From assembly GCA_951406725.2 (NCBI GenBank), contig OX597819.1, positions 106,702,001 to 106,766,000 of the forward strand: a DNA stretch of 64,000 nt. The letters run 5' to 3'. Under the pieces are notes generated by a model that was given only the letters and a program-made list of their open reading frames with translations, had not been told where the DNA came from and searched no databases. The stretch is from Octopus vulgaris (Eukaryota). Of this stretch, positions 1-14,276 are shown in pieces. The first letter of the stretch is position 1; every line of letters starts with the position of its first letter. The position numbers and the translations under genes were made by a program.

Positions 1-57
<57 letters not shown>
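1..57. repeat. (GATA)n microsatellite
   Basis: Pure GATA run at the window start. Confidence 0.98.
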
Positions 58-1169
58 CCCATATATGAACCGCTCGGAAGTTTATATATTTTACGTCATT
101 CATGATTACATTTTGCAAGATTTACTTCTAAAAATAAATTATCTACATATTTGACATATATATATTTAAGAAATGCTCGAGAGACTTGATGCATGGCTAC
201 ACATTATTCCAAGACATCTACGTATCTATAACTGTACGGGTAGCTTTGTATGACAAGAAGCCTTGAACGCGTTTAGTGATGCATGTGTGTGTTTGTATAT
301 ACGTGTGAGATTTTCGCCTTTCGCTGGTGTACGTTATACACGTGAGTGCGTCCTTTTACCTGTAGATGCGCATTTAGGAATCTTGGTAGGCCATAAAATA
401 CTTCAAAGAGGACTTACTTTCATCACAAAACGAAAGAGTAGAACTAAATTAAAAAAAAAAAAACATGTTCATAAGATAAGACAAGTTCGAATGTACTATG
501 AGAAAAGCAGAGATGTTTCATTTCGGAGATGCTATTCACTAGAAGAAGTGTGATTGCGTATATTATTACTTCAAAGAACTATCGCGTATAAAATGTCAAA
601 ATTGATTTTTTTTATCTCAAAATACACATACATCTTAGCAAAATGTTTATTTGTTTCTTTAGTGTTTTATTTTTATTTTTAATTTCCTTAATTCTCTTAC
701 TGTGATATTGCGCTGCTATTAATAGGTCAAATATACAAGAGAAATCCAGTCATCAAACGATTCCTATTTTAATAATAATGTACATAAAGTGATGAGCGCT
801 TTTAGCTTTTAGCGTAGGATTTTCGATATATATATATATATACAGAGAGAGAGAGAGGGGGGCTGTGTGGGTGTGTTAGGTGTGGCATACAGAAATTGAA
901 TATTGAGAAAAAAGTCTTCAGAACTTTGGAAAAAAAATATTTTTATTGCTTCAATATTATTAGCGCTTTCGTTAGTTTCTCGAACTTGTGAAATAAAATT
1001 TTGTGAATGTACAAACAGTTTGTTGGTTTATATAAAACATGTTTTTTTAAGGTTTTGTTTAGCAGAAGAGAACATTGTTTATGATTTTCGGGGTGAGGTA
1101 CCGTGACAATGAGGTAGATAGATAGAAATATAGGTAGGTAGATAGATATATCTAGCTACTGATAGATAT

Positions 1170-1505
1170 ATAGATATGTTTCTTTATTAGCCACACAGGG
1201 CTGCACACAGACAGAACAAATTACAAGGTAGAGCTTTTCTTTTGGGGGTAAAAAAAGGGGGTTGGTTTTCGATCAAAAGGGTTCGTAAAAGGAAAGAAAG
1301 AGGACAAAAAAAGGGGAGGATTTAAAAAAAGGGGGGAGAGAGGGAAAAAAAGAAAAGGGGAGAGGAAGAAAAAAGTTGATCAATAGGGATCGTAATCACA
1401 GAAATGTCAATATGAAGTGTAAAGGGGAGGACAGGTGAGGTTTACCCGTGGAGGGAAAAGCCTACGGAAAAGACCACGGTAACCTCGGTCAATGAAGTCA
1501 CATGT
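1170..1505 (-). mobile_element. Probable 3' end (UTR) of a non-LTR retrotransposon
   Basis: Minus strand reads pyrimidine-rich UTR-like sequence ending ...GGCTAATAAAGAAAC followed by a (TCTA)-like tail; no coding evidence. Confidence 0.4.
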
Positions 1506-1802
1506 TATATTTTAGTGAAACCTTTCTTGCTTTCTTTCTCTCTTCCCTCTTTTTTCTCTTTTACCTCTTTTTTCTCTTTTACCTCTTTTATCTTTCCTTT
1601 TCTCTTCTTCCCTTCTTTTATCTTCGTTCTCTCTTTTTCTCCAATTTCAGTTGTATTTAGAATAAAAATGTACTGTCTCCACTTTTCTTCCAAACATTTC
1701 ATTTTAGAGAGAATTTTTGGATAAAATGTAGTTCTGCATAAAAGAAAATCATTAGTATAATATTTACAAATTAAACATTAAGGTAAAAATAAATAAATAA
1801 AA

Positions 1803-1907
<105 letters not shown>

Positions 1908-2396
1908 ATATATATACATATATGTATGTATGTATATATACAAAGCTGGAGCATCCCAATGTTACACATATATGTAACTGAACATTTTGTAGAGATGAGC
2001 CACATTTGGAAAATAAAATATACAAATTCTCCGCTCTACCTTCAAACATTCAATTTTGGAGAGAATTCTTGAGGAAGTGGGTGTAAGTGTGTGTGTGCGC
2101 GCGCGCGCGTGTGTGTATGTTTGGGAGCATGTCTATGTTTATTCTGTATAACTTCAATTTCATGTTTTTGCCTTAGAAAATATTAGTATAACACAAACTA
2201 GAAAATACGCAAACCTCAGAACATCTCAATGTCACACATGTACACCTGAATATTTACAGAGATGAGCATTATGTTACCGATAGTTGAGTTATATTTAGAA
2301 TACAAAATGTACTGTCTCTGCTTTTCTTTTAAACATTCAATGTTGGAGAGAATTTGTTGATGGAATGTAGTTCCATTTCGGATCATGTACATAGAC

Positions 2397-3412
2397 CCGA
2401 TGTTATCAGGGTGCTCAACTTCAAATGTTGTATGTTCATCGATATTGTTTATTATTTATATCCTCTTTGCGAGATGATGTTAATATGTTTTGTCGTCCAG
2501 ATATCTGGCGGAAAAGACACTGGAGTGATAGCTGTGGAGTACGCTGCCATCTAAAGAGTCTATGTACATGATGGGAAATGGAAAAAGTTTGAATTTTCCG
2601 TCGCTGCATATTTCCAGATGGTTGCTTAACGGAATTTTGCGTAATTCCTCTTGTCGAATATGTTGCCTGTGGATTCTTGTACGGTAGCAGAGGGAATTAT
2701 TTGTTTTGCCAATGTAATTTTCTTTGCAGTTTGGGTAGATAATGCAGTATATGAGGTTTTGCGTTTTGCAGTTCACATCTGCATTTATTTTCAAAAGAGA
2801 TCCGCTTTTGAATTTTCTGTGGAAACCAATTTCTAAGTATTTGATGTTGTTGTTGCTGTTGCATGTTCCACATCTCCTATCTCCGCATTCTTTTACTAAG
2901 AATTCTGATTCATTCATTGATTTGAATTCTGCTCTTGTGCGGTGTTTTAAAAATATTAATTGGTTGGCATATACTATTCCGTAAGGTCTGTTTTTCAATC
3001 AGATTTTTCATTTTGGGGATTTGTAGGAGTATAAGTAAGTTCGATTTTATGAAATACTCCTAAGGAGTATGTCTGCATGCTGTATGGGTGTTTCTTTTGA
3101 TATGTGATAGAAATTTATACATTGAAGTGTGTCGGTCCTTTCGTAAGATATGCCTGTTGTGACTGTGGAGTTCTGTAGGTTTATCTGAATATCCATTACA
3201 ACTGGATTTAAGAATGTTATAATTCATTGCAACTAGATTCCGTCGTGAATTTGATGGATGGGTGGAGTGCGTTCAGTATATTGTTAAATATACTTAGATC
3301 TTCATTCGATCTGTCCCAGAACATGAAGCAATCATCCTCTTCTGATCAAAAGTTATTTCTACCTCCTCATAAAGTTTTTTTTCCAAGTATCACATAACTA
3401 AGTTTGCATATG
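2397..3412 (-). mobile_element. Decayed Penelope-like retroelement (RT C-terminus plus GIY-YIG endonuclease)
   Basis: ORF 2480-2998 has NCKTQNLIYCI...NYIGKT...R...H (GIY-YIG) preceded by C-x-CGTC; upstream on the minus strand are YANLVM (~3410) and DDCFMFW (~3315-3336), PLE RT motifs, broken by stops and frameshifts. Confidence 0.85.
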
Positions 3413-3708
3413 ATTCTCTAATATAACTCAAATAGGAGAAAAAGAAACAAAGGGGGAAAAAGAAGGAAAGAGGAGAAAAGTAAGAGAGATAAAAAGAAAA
3501 CAGAGAAAAAAAGAGAAAGAGAGAAAGAAAGCAAAATACTTTCAGTGATGAACTCATCACACCTGTTTTACTCTTTATTTTTTTTGAAGAGGTCACCATC
3601 TTAAACCCATTTCAGTGCAAGTGTAAATGACTAAATAAATGAATGGGAAATAGGAAGGGAATCCCCTTCGCTCTCTCCCTCTCTCTACCTATCTAACTAT
3701 CTGTCTGA

Positions 3709-3824
<116 letters not shown>

Positions 3825-4108
3825 TTATCTGTGTGTGCGTGTGTGTGTGTGTCTGTCTGTCTATCTATCTATATGTATGTCTGTCTGTCTGTCTGTCTAT
3901 CTCCATTGTCACCCCAAACAACAGAAACAATGTTCTTTTCTTCTAAACAAAACCTTTAAAAAAGCATCTGTGTTATATAAACGAACAAGCTGTTTGTACA
4001 TTCACAAAATTTTATTAGACACATTCGAGAAACAAACGGATGTGCTAATAATAATGTAGAAATGATAAGAATTTTTTCCAAAATGCTGACGACTTTTTCT
4101 CAATATAC

Positions 4109-4171
<63 letters not shown>

Positions 4172-4317
4172 CAAACATACATACATATATGTACATACTG
4201 ATAGGTACAGGAGTCACAAACCGTAATCAATATGAAATCCGTAATGCGAAAAGGAACATGAAATAGGAATACAAACTTTATTTATATATATGCCTATACA
4301 TACATATATATATATGT

Positions 4318-4485
4318 GTGACCTGCAATTTTTTTCCTCTGTCCTCCCGTCTCGGGATCTTTCTTTCTCCTATGTTTCCGACGAAGAGCTCCTTCTTCCC
4401 TTCTTTCCTGAGCATCCGATAATACTTTATTTGTTCCACATCCTTGCGTTGTTGTCTTTTTGTTCTCTTGTTTGGATTAACTTTA
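4318..4485 (+). mobile_element. Short HHR-bearing repeat, family A (internally deleted copy)
   Basis: Shares CCTGAGC.TCC.ATAA...TTGTTCCAC.TCCT.GCGTTGTT...TTTGGATTAACT(TA)n with 56625-56815; HHR truncated after CCGACGAAGAGCTCC. Confidence 0.75.
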
Positions 4486-4693
4486 TATATATATATATAT
4501 ATGAAAAATGAAAGACGATCGATTTTTTTTTAACAGTGGCGGAAATATATGTTTGCAATCATGTATTATGCATGTATGTATGTCTGAATATAGTATCTAT
4601 CTATGCATGTATGTATGAATGTATGTATGTACTTATGTATGCATGCATTTATGAATGAATGAATGAATAATGTATGAAAGTGAGTATGCTCGT

Positions 4694-5525
4694 TTAAATG
4701 TGTTGCAAGAAATAATTTGCCAGTGATATCGTTGCAAAACGACATAGTCCACAGTCAATCATCAAATCCAATGTGAATCTTTTCTGTGTAAAAGTAGAGA
4801 TTGTACTCTTCCTAAATTTATTGATTGATTCTTCACATTTATATCTGATTTTTCTCTGTGACTGTGTGTTCAAAGTGAGGATCAAGCCTAGATAAGGAAC
4901 CGATGTTATCAGGGTGCTCAACTTCAAATGTTGTATGTTCATCGATATTGATTATAATTTATATCCTCTTTGCGAGATGATGGTAATATGCTTCGTCGTC
5001 CAGGTATCTGGCGGAAAAGACACTGGAGTAATAGCTGCTGAGTACACTGCCTTCTAAAGAGTCTATGTACATGATGTTTAGTACGCCTGGCAAAACTGAC
5101 CCAGTCGGCAGTTCAGAGGTTTGTTTCTAAATGGACCCTTCGGTCTGGAAGATGTTGTCCATTATAGCGGTTAAGAGTTCGTCGATATCTGATGGTATGA
5201 GCCCAAAACGATGTAGATAATGAGAGGAGGTAACCGCATTAGTAAAGTTAGTTGAAAACTGGTGTTGTAAGGACGGGGGGGGCGGCTAACGAAACAACGC
5301 CGGACCTGAAAGGTCAATCATTCTTTCTAAGTATGGATGAGTTGAGATCTATTAGGTTGTTGATGATTTCGGTGGAAGTTTCAACTCGTCCTGGGCTCAC
5401 AGGTTCAGATAGCAATATATTATTAACTACTATAATGGACAACTTGTTCGTCCAGTTTTAAGGATCCATATACAAACAAATCTCTGGGTTGTCGTTGGAG
5501 TCAAAATTGTCAGGCTTACTAGCCA
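4694..5525 (-). mobile_element. Decayed Penelope-like reverse transcriptase
   Basis: Manual minus-strand translation gives KQTSELPTGSVLPGVLNIMYIDSLEG...SARYLDD...VPYLGL, matching the PLE RT pattern Q..GLPMGS..RY.DD..PFL; contains stops and frameshifts. Confidence 0.7.
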
Positions 5526-7652
5526 TTAGGTTGACGAAACGCTTAGCTCGAACGGCACTTAACAGGTGACACTCCCATGCCTTTTTCGGCAGTTTTTATC
5601 GACAAACTAATGTTTGTCTGCACTAACGGATAGCACTTTGTATCAAGTGATTTCAGCGTAATTTGTGCTTCCCCACCACCGAATGACTGATCGAAATTCC
5701 ATTAAGCTACTAAACATTGTGCCACAACCTTTAATTTACTTTTTGAGAACATTAGAAAACATGTATAGTGAGGTTTAATATGTAAATTATAAAGTGATTA
5801 TAATTGTAATAATATTTCTGCACCGTCCTATTAGAAATAAATCATTTGCCATATAATCTGATTATAAATATTCTGACATAATTCTATCATCAACCACCTT
5901 AACAGATAATAGTTTTATGATTGTATGTGAAATAAATATAGAAGCAACTGTGATCGTTAATGAGTTAAACTTTGACGATCGATTTGAGTTCTTGGCATCA
6001 AAATTCCTATGCATCACATTCGTCGATCACAAATCTAATTTGGTCGGCAACCTTTTAACTAGTCAGATTAATCCATTTAAGAAAGGAAGGTAAGGTATTA
6101 GCAAATGTACTCCAATTAAGATAATACAAAAATGTTGGTTATCCTCACCTTTGCCACTTTGGAGAAATACTAATTATTTCTATAATAATTGGTTAATTTG
6201 GCTCCTAATAAAATCTGCTGCTCTATTCTTATTGACATTGCTGATTATTATTCCTCGATTTCTGAACCTCAGTTAACAGATACTATTAATTTTGCAAATA
6301 ATTTCTCATAAATTAGGACAATAGAATTTAATATTATTTTGCATGCGAAAATATCGATTCGGTATTATGATAATAGCATTTGCATTATAATACTTCCCAA
6401 TATTCTAGTTGAGGGAAGGATTAGGTAGAATTTACTGATATTGTAGGATTGTATATATCCTCAGCTGTTTGTATATTATGTTATCTTATATAATCCGTTC
6501 GTTTTACAGAGATGATGGCATATTAAATCTTTGGAATTATGACCGCCATAAACCTCTCTATTATGTTTTCAATTAATTAACTGAGAATACACTCAACCTC
6601 AGTACTCTTCAGCTATTGCATTTTTAAGAAGTATTAAATAGTATTAATAGATATTTCCAGCAGCCTTAAAAACACCGAATAGTCTTATTAAGATTATAGT
6701 ATTATTCAGACCCTTATTAAAAATGTATCATTAGGTATTTAAAATTATCTTTCGAACGAGGCCATTTCTAATCACATCGCTAATCATAAGAAAAACGCAT
6801 TAAAATATATTGCTTCGGATGATGAAATTAGATTTATTGGATAAGATAATATAACAATAAACTTCAGTAGAAAGACAATTTATTTCAGAAATATTACTTG
6901 TTATACGTCCACTTTAATCAACAACCGTTTATCACATTAATAAAAATTTACTTTAATTTATTGATCATAATAAAGAAAATGAATACAAGGCTAATTATTG
7001 AAACTGTGTTAACCCCCCCCTCCTCCCTGCATATTTAGGGTAAACTCTTGTTTGCTGGGAGTGCTATTGCACTCCGTTACAGAGGTGAGTTGTCTTGCGT
7101 ATCCATGATATTCACATGTTTTAAAGCCTAGTGCTTTCAGAGTGTAATCTGCACCACGCCAAATCGCAGCCTCCCGGCAAATACGCATACACCTTACATT
7201 AAATATATATGGTTAATAATGTTTATTAATCTAGCGCTGCTTCTGTTTGTTATTTGAATGTATTGTTACGTATGCATTGTCCGGGTATACCAACACATAG
7301 TTTGCACGTTTTATGCCAATAAGTCGCACTGTGGCAATATAGTTCATCTTCGGTCCTGTTCGGGTTTGTGGTGTTGATAAGCCACGAAAATGGTGACACA
7401 TCAATATCTATCACTCGTGGATGGGATTAGGGTTGAGTTGCCTCGCCTGCCTGTGACATTCAGATATCTTAAAACTCGGCGTTGTGAGAGAATGTTCTTT
7501 ACTTCGACAATTCGCAGCCTCCCGAAAAATACTCAGGTTTGTTACGTTAAGTATATGTGGTCTCTGACTAATGTGTTTCACACTAGCGCTGTTTCTACTT
7601 CATATTTGAATGTATACATACAAGCATATGTATATATCAATAAATAAAAATA

Positions 7653-8008
7653 TAGGGTGATTCAAAAGTCGCCATACATAGGAACAATTTATCTTTTTAT
7701 AAGAATCAGTTTATAAGAATAGTTTTTATTTATTTATCAGGCTCTATATGGTTACCATTGTTTTGAATACACATCGCAGTATGTTTACCCCACTCATTTT
7801 GAACTCGTAATAACATTTCTGGTGATACGTGCGCAATTGAGTTGGTGATGCGTTCCATCAAATGTTTTGTCTTTTATCTTTCCGCGATACACCATGCCTT
7901 TCAAATGCCCCCAAATATAGAAATCAAGGAATCTAGAGGAGCTTATAAACTGTCTCTTATAAAAATATAAATTTTTTTCCTATTTATGGAGACTGTTGAA
8001 TCACCCTG
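7653..8008 (-). mobile_element. Internally deleted Tc1/mariner element (MITE-like)
   Basis: Imperfect ~30-bp TIRs (C/T)AGGGTGATTCAA.AGTC.CCATA.ATAGGAA flanked by TA; internal minus-strand LDFYIWGHLKGMVY is a transposase C-terminal motif. Confidence 0.85.
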
Positions 8009-8462
8009 TATATACGTATATTAAATTACCGATCCGGATGAAAACGGATATTTAAAAAGATATGCACCAGATAGAGTTGGATAGACCTGTGATTCCGGCC
8101 TGTGTTTGGTAAGTTTCAAATAGTGTATTCCAGTTGTGTACACAGAGAAAATTAACCCTAGGCATATTTAGGACCTAGGGAGTGTTCCAAATGCGTTACT
8201 TTGAATAGTACGTCTTTGGTATACTCTAGGGTGTTCGACAAGTCGTAAATCCCAGTGGTGTTTTATAATCAAATGAATAATCACATGAGATGGATAACTG
8301 TCAGCTCATTAAAGCTGTTTCTTACGCATCTTTTCAATAGAAGAATAAGAACATTACACCAGTACAATAACCCGTAGTCATCAGATGACGTGAGACACAC
8401 AGAAAAGTCACTGAAATAGGGATATATGTGTTTGCATTGGGACCCCTTCGCATCGAAGACCG

Positions 8463-8521
8463 GTGATTATCGTGCGCTGACGACGGGCAAATACCCAGAA
8501 ACCCGGGTCCGTGCGTATCAC
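8463..8521 (+). ncRNA. Type I hammerhead ribozyme candidate, intact core
   Basis: CGTGCG-CTGACGA-c-GGG(caaata)CCC-a-GAAA-CCCGGG-TC-CGTGCG; stem I extended by GTGAT/ATCAC; palindromic stem III ACCCGGGU. Confidence 0.75.
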
Positions 8522-9157
8522 GTCAGGTCGACGATGGGAAGGATGGCTTCCCTTTTCAAATACTGGTAGGGCACAAAAAGTGTGTCAATAGCCAGCTGGA
8601 GAAGGTGTTCTCCTGGCGCTACAAGCTACAGTAGCGTCCACCATTAGGGGTTAGCCAGATTTAAGTGGCAAATATACTTCACATAGTCGTGCAGCTTCTG
8701 TCTGTACCTCGTTCAGAGATTTATTATATTTCTCTTAGTTTCAATGATAGAACAAATTTATAGTTTTGGCCCCATGCAACTAAAATTTGCATCAAAAATG
8801 TTTTGAGGTAAAAAATCATGAAAGAAAATATAAGACGAAAATTAGATTTAAGTATGATTAACTTTTTTATTTTAAAAGCAAATTATATTTTGATTAAGCT
8901 TAAATGATAGAGCTCAATTCGAGAAATTCCATGGAATCAATCTCATGCAATGAAGTTTTAAAATAAAAAGTTATGAGTGTTTGTTTCTCAAATTTGAGAG
9001 TGATAATATAGTTCTATACTGTTTTGGGGAAGGGACTTTTAATATGAGTCGCCGGCATCATTGAGGTAAGGCAAAACATTATCAACGACAGCGCTAATTG
9101 AGACATTTGACACATTATTAATTAACATAACAGCATAGCCTGGAAAGACATGGAATA

Positions 9158-10026
9158 CAGGGAAAAATGCGAGCAAGAGAAATAATATTCTTAAGATTAT
9201 GAACCCGGAAAATTACAGGACAAGTTATTACACTTGGAAAACTTCATGACATCTTATTACATCTGGTAAAGTACAAAAGAAGAAAATTTTTACTTACTAT
9301 ATTGCAGCTAAAGATAAAATTTAAATATTAAAAGTTATTTGATTTTAATTTACAAAGTAGCATTATAATTAAAAAAGAGACCATCATTTTGTTAAAATAT
9401 TGACACATTAATATATGTAAAAAAATTAGACCAAGAAGTACCAATGTAGCCAAAGTTTTATGCAAAGTAGAATAGCTTTTATGGTAAACAAAATAAGCAT
9501 TGGTTCAAGATTAAAAAATGGGAAAACTTTTCAATAACTTAAGCAATAACTCCAGGAAATTTTACTGTGAATTTGTTGTTAGAGGTAGATTTGTATTGTA
9601 ATATATAACTATTTTTTTGCATTATTCTATATATTGTACTAGCTAGTCATGTACTAATACTATTTTATATAACATATTCTCGAATTTCTGATTATTAATT
9701 TAAAATTTTAAAAAAATGAAATTTTTTAAAGTGCAAGATATTGAGTTATCTTTTTCTTTTTAATAGAAGTAACAAGTAATAACAAATAGCAGTAATAACA
9801 TCTAAGAACATTCTTAGTTTTAATAAAAGCTAATATTTCCTAAATCTAAGTATTTTATTTGAAATTTTATGCTTAACTGCAATATTTTAAGTAAAAAATA
9901 TCTTGTTCTGTACCTTACAAGATTTTATATGTTTTCCTTAACTTTTCCAAGTGTAATAATATTGTTCTGCAAATTTCAGGTTTATAATCTTAAGAATATT
10001 ATTTGTGTTGCTCGCATTTTTCCATG
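9158..10026. mobile_element. Non-autonomous foldback/MITE-like element with long degenerate TIRs
   Basis: 9158-~9330 is an imperfect reverse complement of ~9850-10026 (GGAAAAATGCGAGCAA...TTACACTTGGAAAA); TA at the left end. Confidence 0.7.
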
Positions 10027-10064
<38 letters not shown>

Positions 10065-10070
<6 letters not shown>

Positions 10071-10480
10071 GTTTTATCTCTAATTTAATATAATATATAT
10101 TTATATTAAATTAGAGATAAAACCACTATTAGGCAAATCAAACAGGGAAAATCATAAGCCAATACATAGAAATGAAATTAATTAAAAAAATATAAAAGTT
10201 AAAATTTAAAAATTATTTAAATAATTTAAACTTATAAATTTTAAATATATATATATAAATATATATATGTATGTATATTTTTATATTATTTTATTTATTT
10301 ATGTATTTATTTATTTTTTTTTATTTATATATTTATTTATTTTTTTTTTTTTAATTATATAAATATCAAAAAGTATTAAAAGTTTAATAAAAGATAAAGA
10401 GTAAAATACTACGACCGTTTCATGGCTGTAACCAATTCGAATAACAATAATTTAAATTCAGAATCTTAATGTAGTGCGCA
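10065..10480. mobile_element. AT-rich repeat with terminal palindrome (family also at 27150-27483), probably PLE-associated
   Basis: ~28-bp-arm palindrome at 10065-10129; AAACCACTATTAGGCAAATCA...AAGCCAATACATA shared with 27150-27217; next to (TA)n. Confidence 0.6.
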
Positions 10481-10729
10481 AAAAAAAATCGAAATAAATA
10501 ATACCCCAATGTATATCGTCTGATTTCCTGACGATTCTGCTAGTTGCCGTCTTTCTGATAGACATAATAATAATTGATGATGATAGGGTAAAAGTGTAGA
10601 TAGTGGGAAAACTGTATTTGTGCAAACGAAAGTAAATATGATGGTGCTAAAAATATTTTGTCGTAAGAATTTATGAGATTATTCATGTAATATAATTATA
10701 GAACGAAATTTTTCAACTATATACATATA

Positions 10730-11184
<455 letters not shown>

Positions 11185-11559
11185 ATATATACTACACACA
11201 CACACACACACAAAATACGGGGGTTTAGTTCATAGGTGATCCAAACTATTAGTAGTAGGCAACTAGTACATTCTTTAAATTCCTTTCATTTTGTGCTCTA
11301 TTTTGTTGTTTTACGCTATCTTCCCTTACCTCCTCATCCTCTCTCTTATCTTCTCGTCTACTGCTGCACACAATATTCTTAGACTCCATATGCCTATAAC
11401 CTTACTTTTTCATAAAGCCAATCCTTAAATTCCCCATCTCAATCTATCTACCTTTCATTCTATTTATTTACTATTATTTCCTTTTACCACTTAATAGCCA
11501 CTTCCGCTACCATTCTCTTATTGAACGTTGATATGTTCGCGTCATTTTCCATCTGGATG

Positions 11560-11848
11560 GTTACGATATCAGGATTTTAACCCACATGGATCTACGCAGG
11601 ATTGCACCTAAGGACTTATCTCCTTGTTTCTACAACATCAGAAAGTTGAAATATGAACTTTTATGCTTCTTGTTTTCTTCTCTCTCTTCACCTCATTATT
11701 ACTTTACTCCCTTCGTCTGTGTCGTTATCTCATTAATATATACCATTCTCATTTTCCCTATTTTTCACTATTTGTCTCTGATGACGGAATATTCCATACT
11801 CTGGGATATCCCCTGAAATTTTTCCATTAATAATAATCTGTACGACTT
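11560..11848 (+). mobile_element. PLE 3'-terminal relic with degenerate hammerhead
   Basis: LRRIAPKDL resembles a PLE endonuclease C-terminus; pyrimidine-rich tract, then GTC-T-CTGATGA(11778)-hairpin GGAATATTCC/GGGATATCC-GAAA(11815)...TA-CGAC. Confidence 0.45.
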
Positions 11849-11925
11849 GAGATGTTTACCTTGCCTTTATGTTTGTTGTCCTCTTTAACAATGATGTATA
11901 CATATACATACATACATACACAGAA

Positions 11926-11958
<33 letters not shown>

Positions 11959-12209
11959 CATATATATATATGTGAAAAGTTTTCACACACACACACACAT
12001 ATATATATACATGCATACAGAGTCACACACACATATAAATACTTGATACAGACAATATTCAATATTTACAGATTTTCTTGAAAGTTAATTTAAAAAGAAA
12101 ATAGAATAGAATGGCGTGAATCTTTTGGAAGATTGTTTTTGTGTTGTGTGAGCTCTTTCGTATAAAGTTTTCAAACACATCTAATAAGGAGTAACCTGTA
12201 TATTGTATC

Positions 12210-12420
12210 TATCGTTTTCTAGCCACTAGACTGCGATCATATCGGAGCACCGACTTTCAGTCGAATTAATCGACTCCAGTACTTACATTTTCAAAGCGTA
12301 ATACCTATACTATCGATTTCTTTATGCTGGACCGCCAGCACTCTGGACGTAAGCAAATCAACACCAGTTGTGAAGAGTTGGTGGCGGACAAACACAGGCA
12401 CAAATACACAAGCATAAACA
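12210..12420 (-). mobile_element. Partial SINE (family of 42618-43091)
   Basis: GACTGCG..CAT...GGAGCACC...CCAGTACTTA...CAACACCAG similar to the reverse complement of the 3' half of the 42.6-kb SINE. Confidence 0.6.
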
Positions 12421-12705
12421 CACCCACACCCATATATATATATATATATATATATGTATGCTTGTATGTGTGCCAGTGTGTGTGTGTGTGTGTACTTCTT
12501 TTCGATCAAATGTCCTGCGAGTTATCATGGGATACATTGATAACAATGTAAACTTCATTTGACTAAATTATCTTTGGCCCGATGAGTAGCTAGCAGATTA
12601 CCTCTCGTTTGAGTAATTACTACTTCCAAGGTTCTGCTAGTTATGGAACATATATAGCCTGGATTTTATTTAATCCATTCCAAAATGTTTAATATATAAA
12701 TTTAA

Positions 12706-12752
<47 letters not shown>

Positions 12753-12999
12753 TGTATGTATGTATGTATGTATATATATTTATATGTATATGTTTGTGTA
12801 CACATACATATATACGTACATATATATATATATATATATGACAAGAAATACTTTTCTTTTCTTTTTATGGAAACAAAAATTATATATATACAGGACTGCA
12901 AAAAGACAGAGACGAAAATCATTGATTAGCGAACAAACATCAAATTTCGGCCAACGACTTTATATAACCCCAACGCTTCTATAAATTTCATCATATACA

Positions 13000-13913
13000 A
13001 ATAACACCATGGCCTTCAACATATAAAATAAATTCATATATAAACACCGAAGTTAAAAAATATTTATGCCCAAATAACAAATGCAAAAATATATAGAAGG
13101 GCCTGTCCGAAAAAATGTATGTAAAAATCGACTAATGTAGGTGATGAAAATGAATTACTAAAACATATCAATCGACTAAAAAATTTACCCATCAGTTATA
13201 AATATATCAAAATAATCAGTTCTGAAAAGTGAAGCAATCCAGTGTAAGTCCGGTATCCAAGGATTCCCCCCCCCCAAAAAAAAAAAAAAGAAAAAGGGAA
13301 AATCAAAATTCACATCTATGGTCATTTATGGAGTTCATATCCCCGATCCAATTTAAAGTTAAAGCGCATCTCGGCAATACCCCGAAATGGCCATAGATGT
13401 GGATTTTTTGTTTGCCTATATGCTGAAAATAGACTCTAAATCATCGAACCATTTTAAATATATTCGCTATTATTATTACACAGTCTTATATGGATCGGCC
13501 CGATTTCTGTATTAACCTAAACGGTTTTTTTCGTTAATCTGTAGAGGACACCACGGAATTAATGAAATACTTATACATGTCCACAGAAAACAGACACAAT
13601 GTCATGAATACATATAAATACCCCAAATATATCCATATAAAAATACTGTAGCAAGTTCGACAATCGTGTAGCCGGCCAGGAATAGCACGAAGAAGCAAGC
13701 TAACAGAAATTCAAAAATTTAGTCATCCCTGGATCGGCCCAATTTCTTGATTAACCTAAACGGTTTTTCCTTCATCAGCAGAAATGAGCAGGAAACAAAT
13801 GAAATACTTTTACATACCAACAGAAAAGCAGACGCAATATCATGAATGCATATAAGCACCCCAAATATATCCATATAGAAATTCCGTAGCAATTTATACT
13901 TTCACCTTATTAA

Positions 13914-13915
<2 letters not shown>
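13000..13915. repeat. Unclassified repeat with internal ~240-bp direct repeats and a hairpin
   Basis: GGATCGGCCC.ATTTCT...TTAACCTAAACGGTTTTT at ~13492 and 13731 with continued similarity; inverted pair CACATCTATGG.CATTT at 13311 / 13385-13401. Confidence 0.55.
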
Positions 13916-13945
<30 letters not shown>

Positions 13946-14276
13946 ATACATGCACTTCTGTGTGGCACTCCCGTGATGCACACTTCTTTAAATATAATAA
14001 ATACTAATCTACCACCATCGCGGCCGTCGGGACTACTGGTTCACAAAATTTTGGGCTTCCTTGACCTTTTGAATAGTAGACACTCGGAGGCTGTAAAAAG
14101 CAGAAGTTCCTCCGCTAGCGATATAAACAGGAGTGCTTATATGCATCACAAGTCTATTTACGATGTTCTCTCGTGGTAACCACCGTATTATTTTGTGTTC
14201 TAACTCTACATCCACTTTTAAGATGACATAGGTTTTACGTTTTGGTATTAATACTGCTTCTGCCATTATATATATA

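Noticed and set aside
5760-6900. Possible ancient L1/Tx1-like relic on the minus strand
   Set aside because: Only a faint KVRITNIFVLS-type resemblance; too decayed to call.
8378-8384. Lone CTGATGA heptamers on the minus strand (also ~13761, 16827, 34822, 40554)
   Set aside because: I found no matching GAAA and helices; expected by chance.
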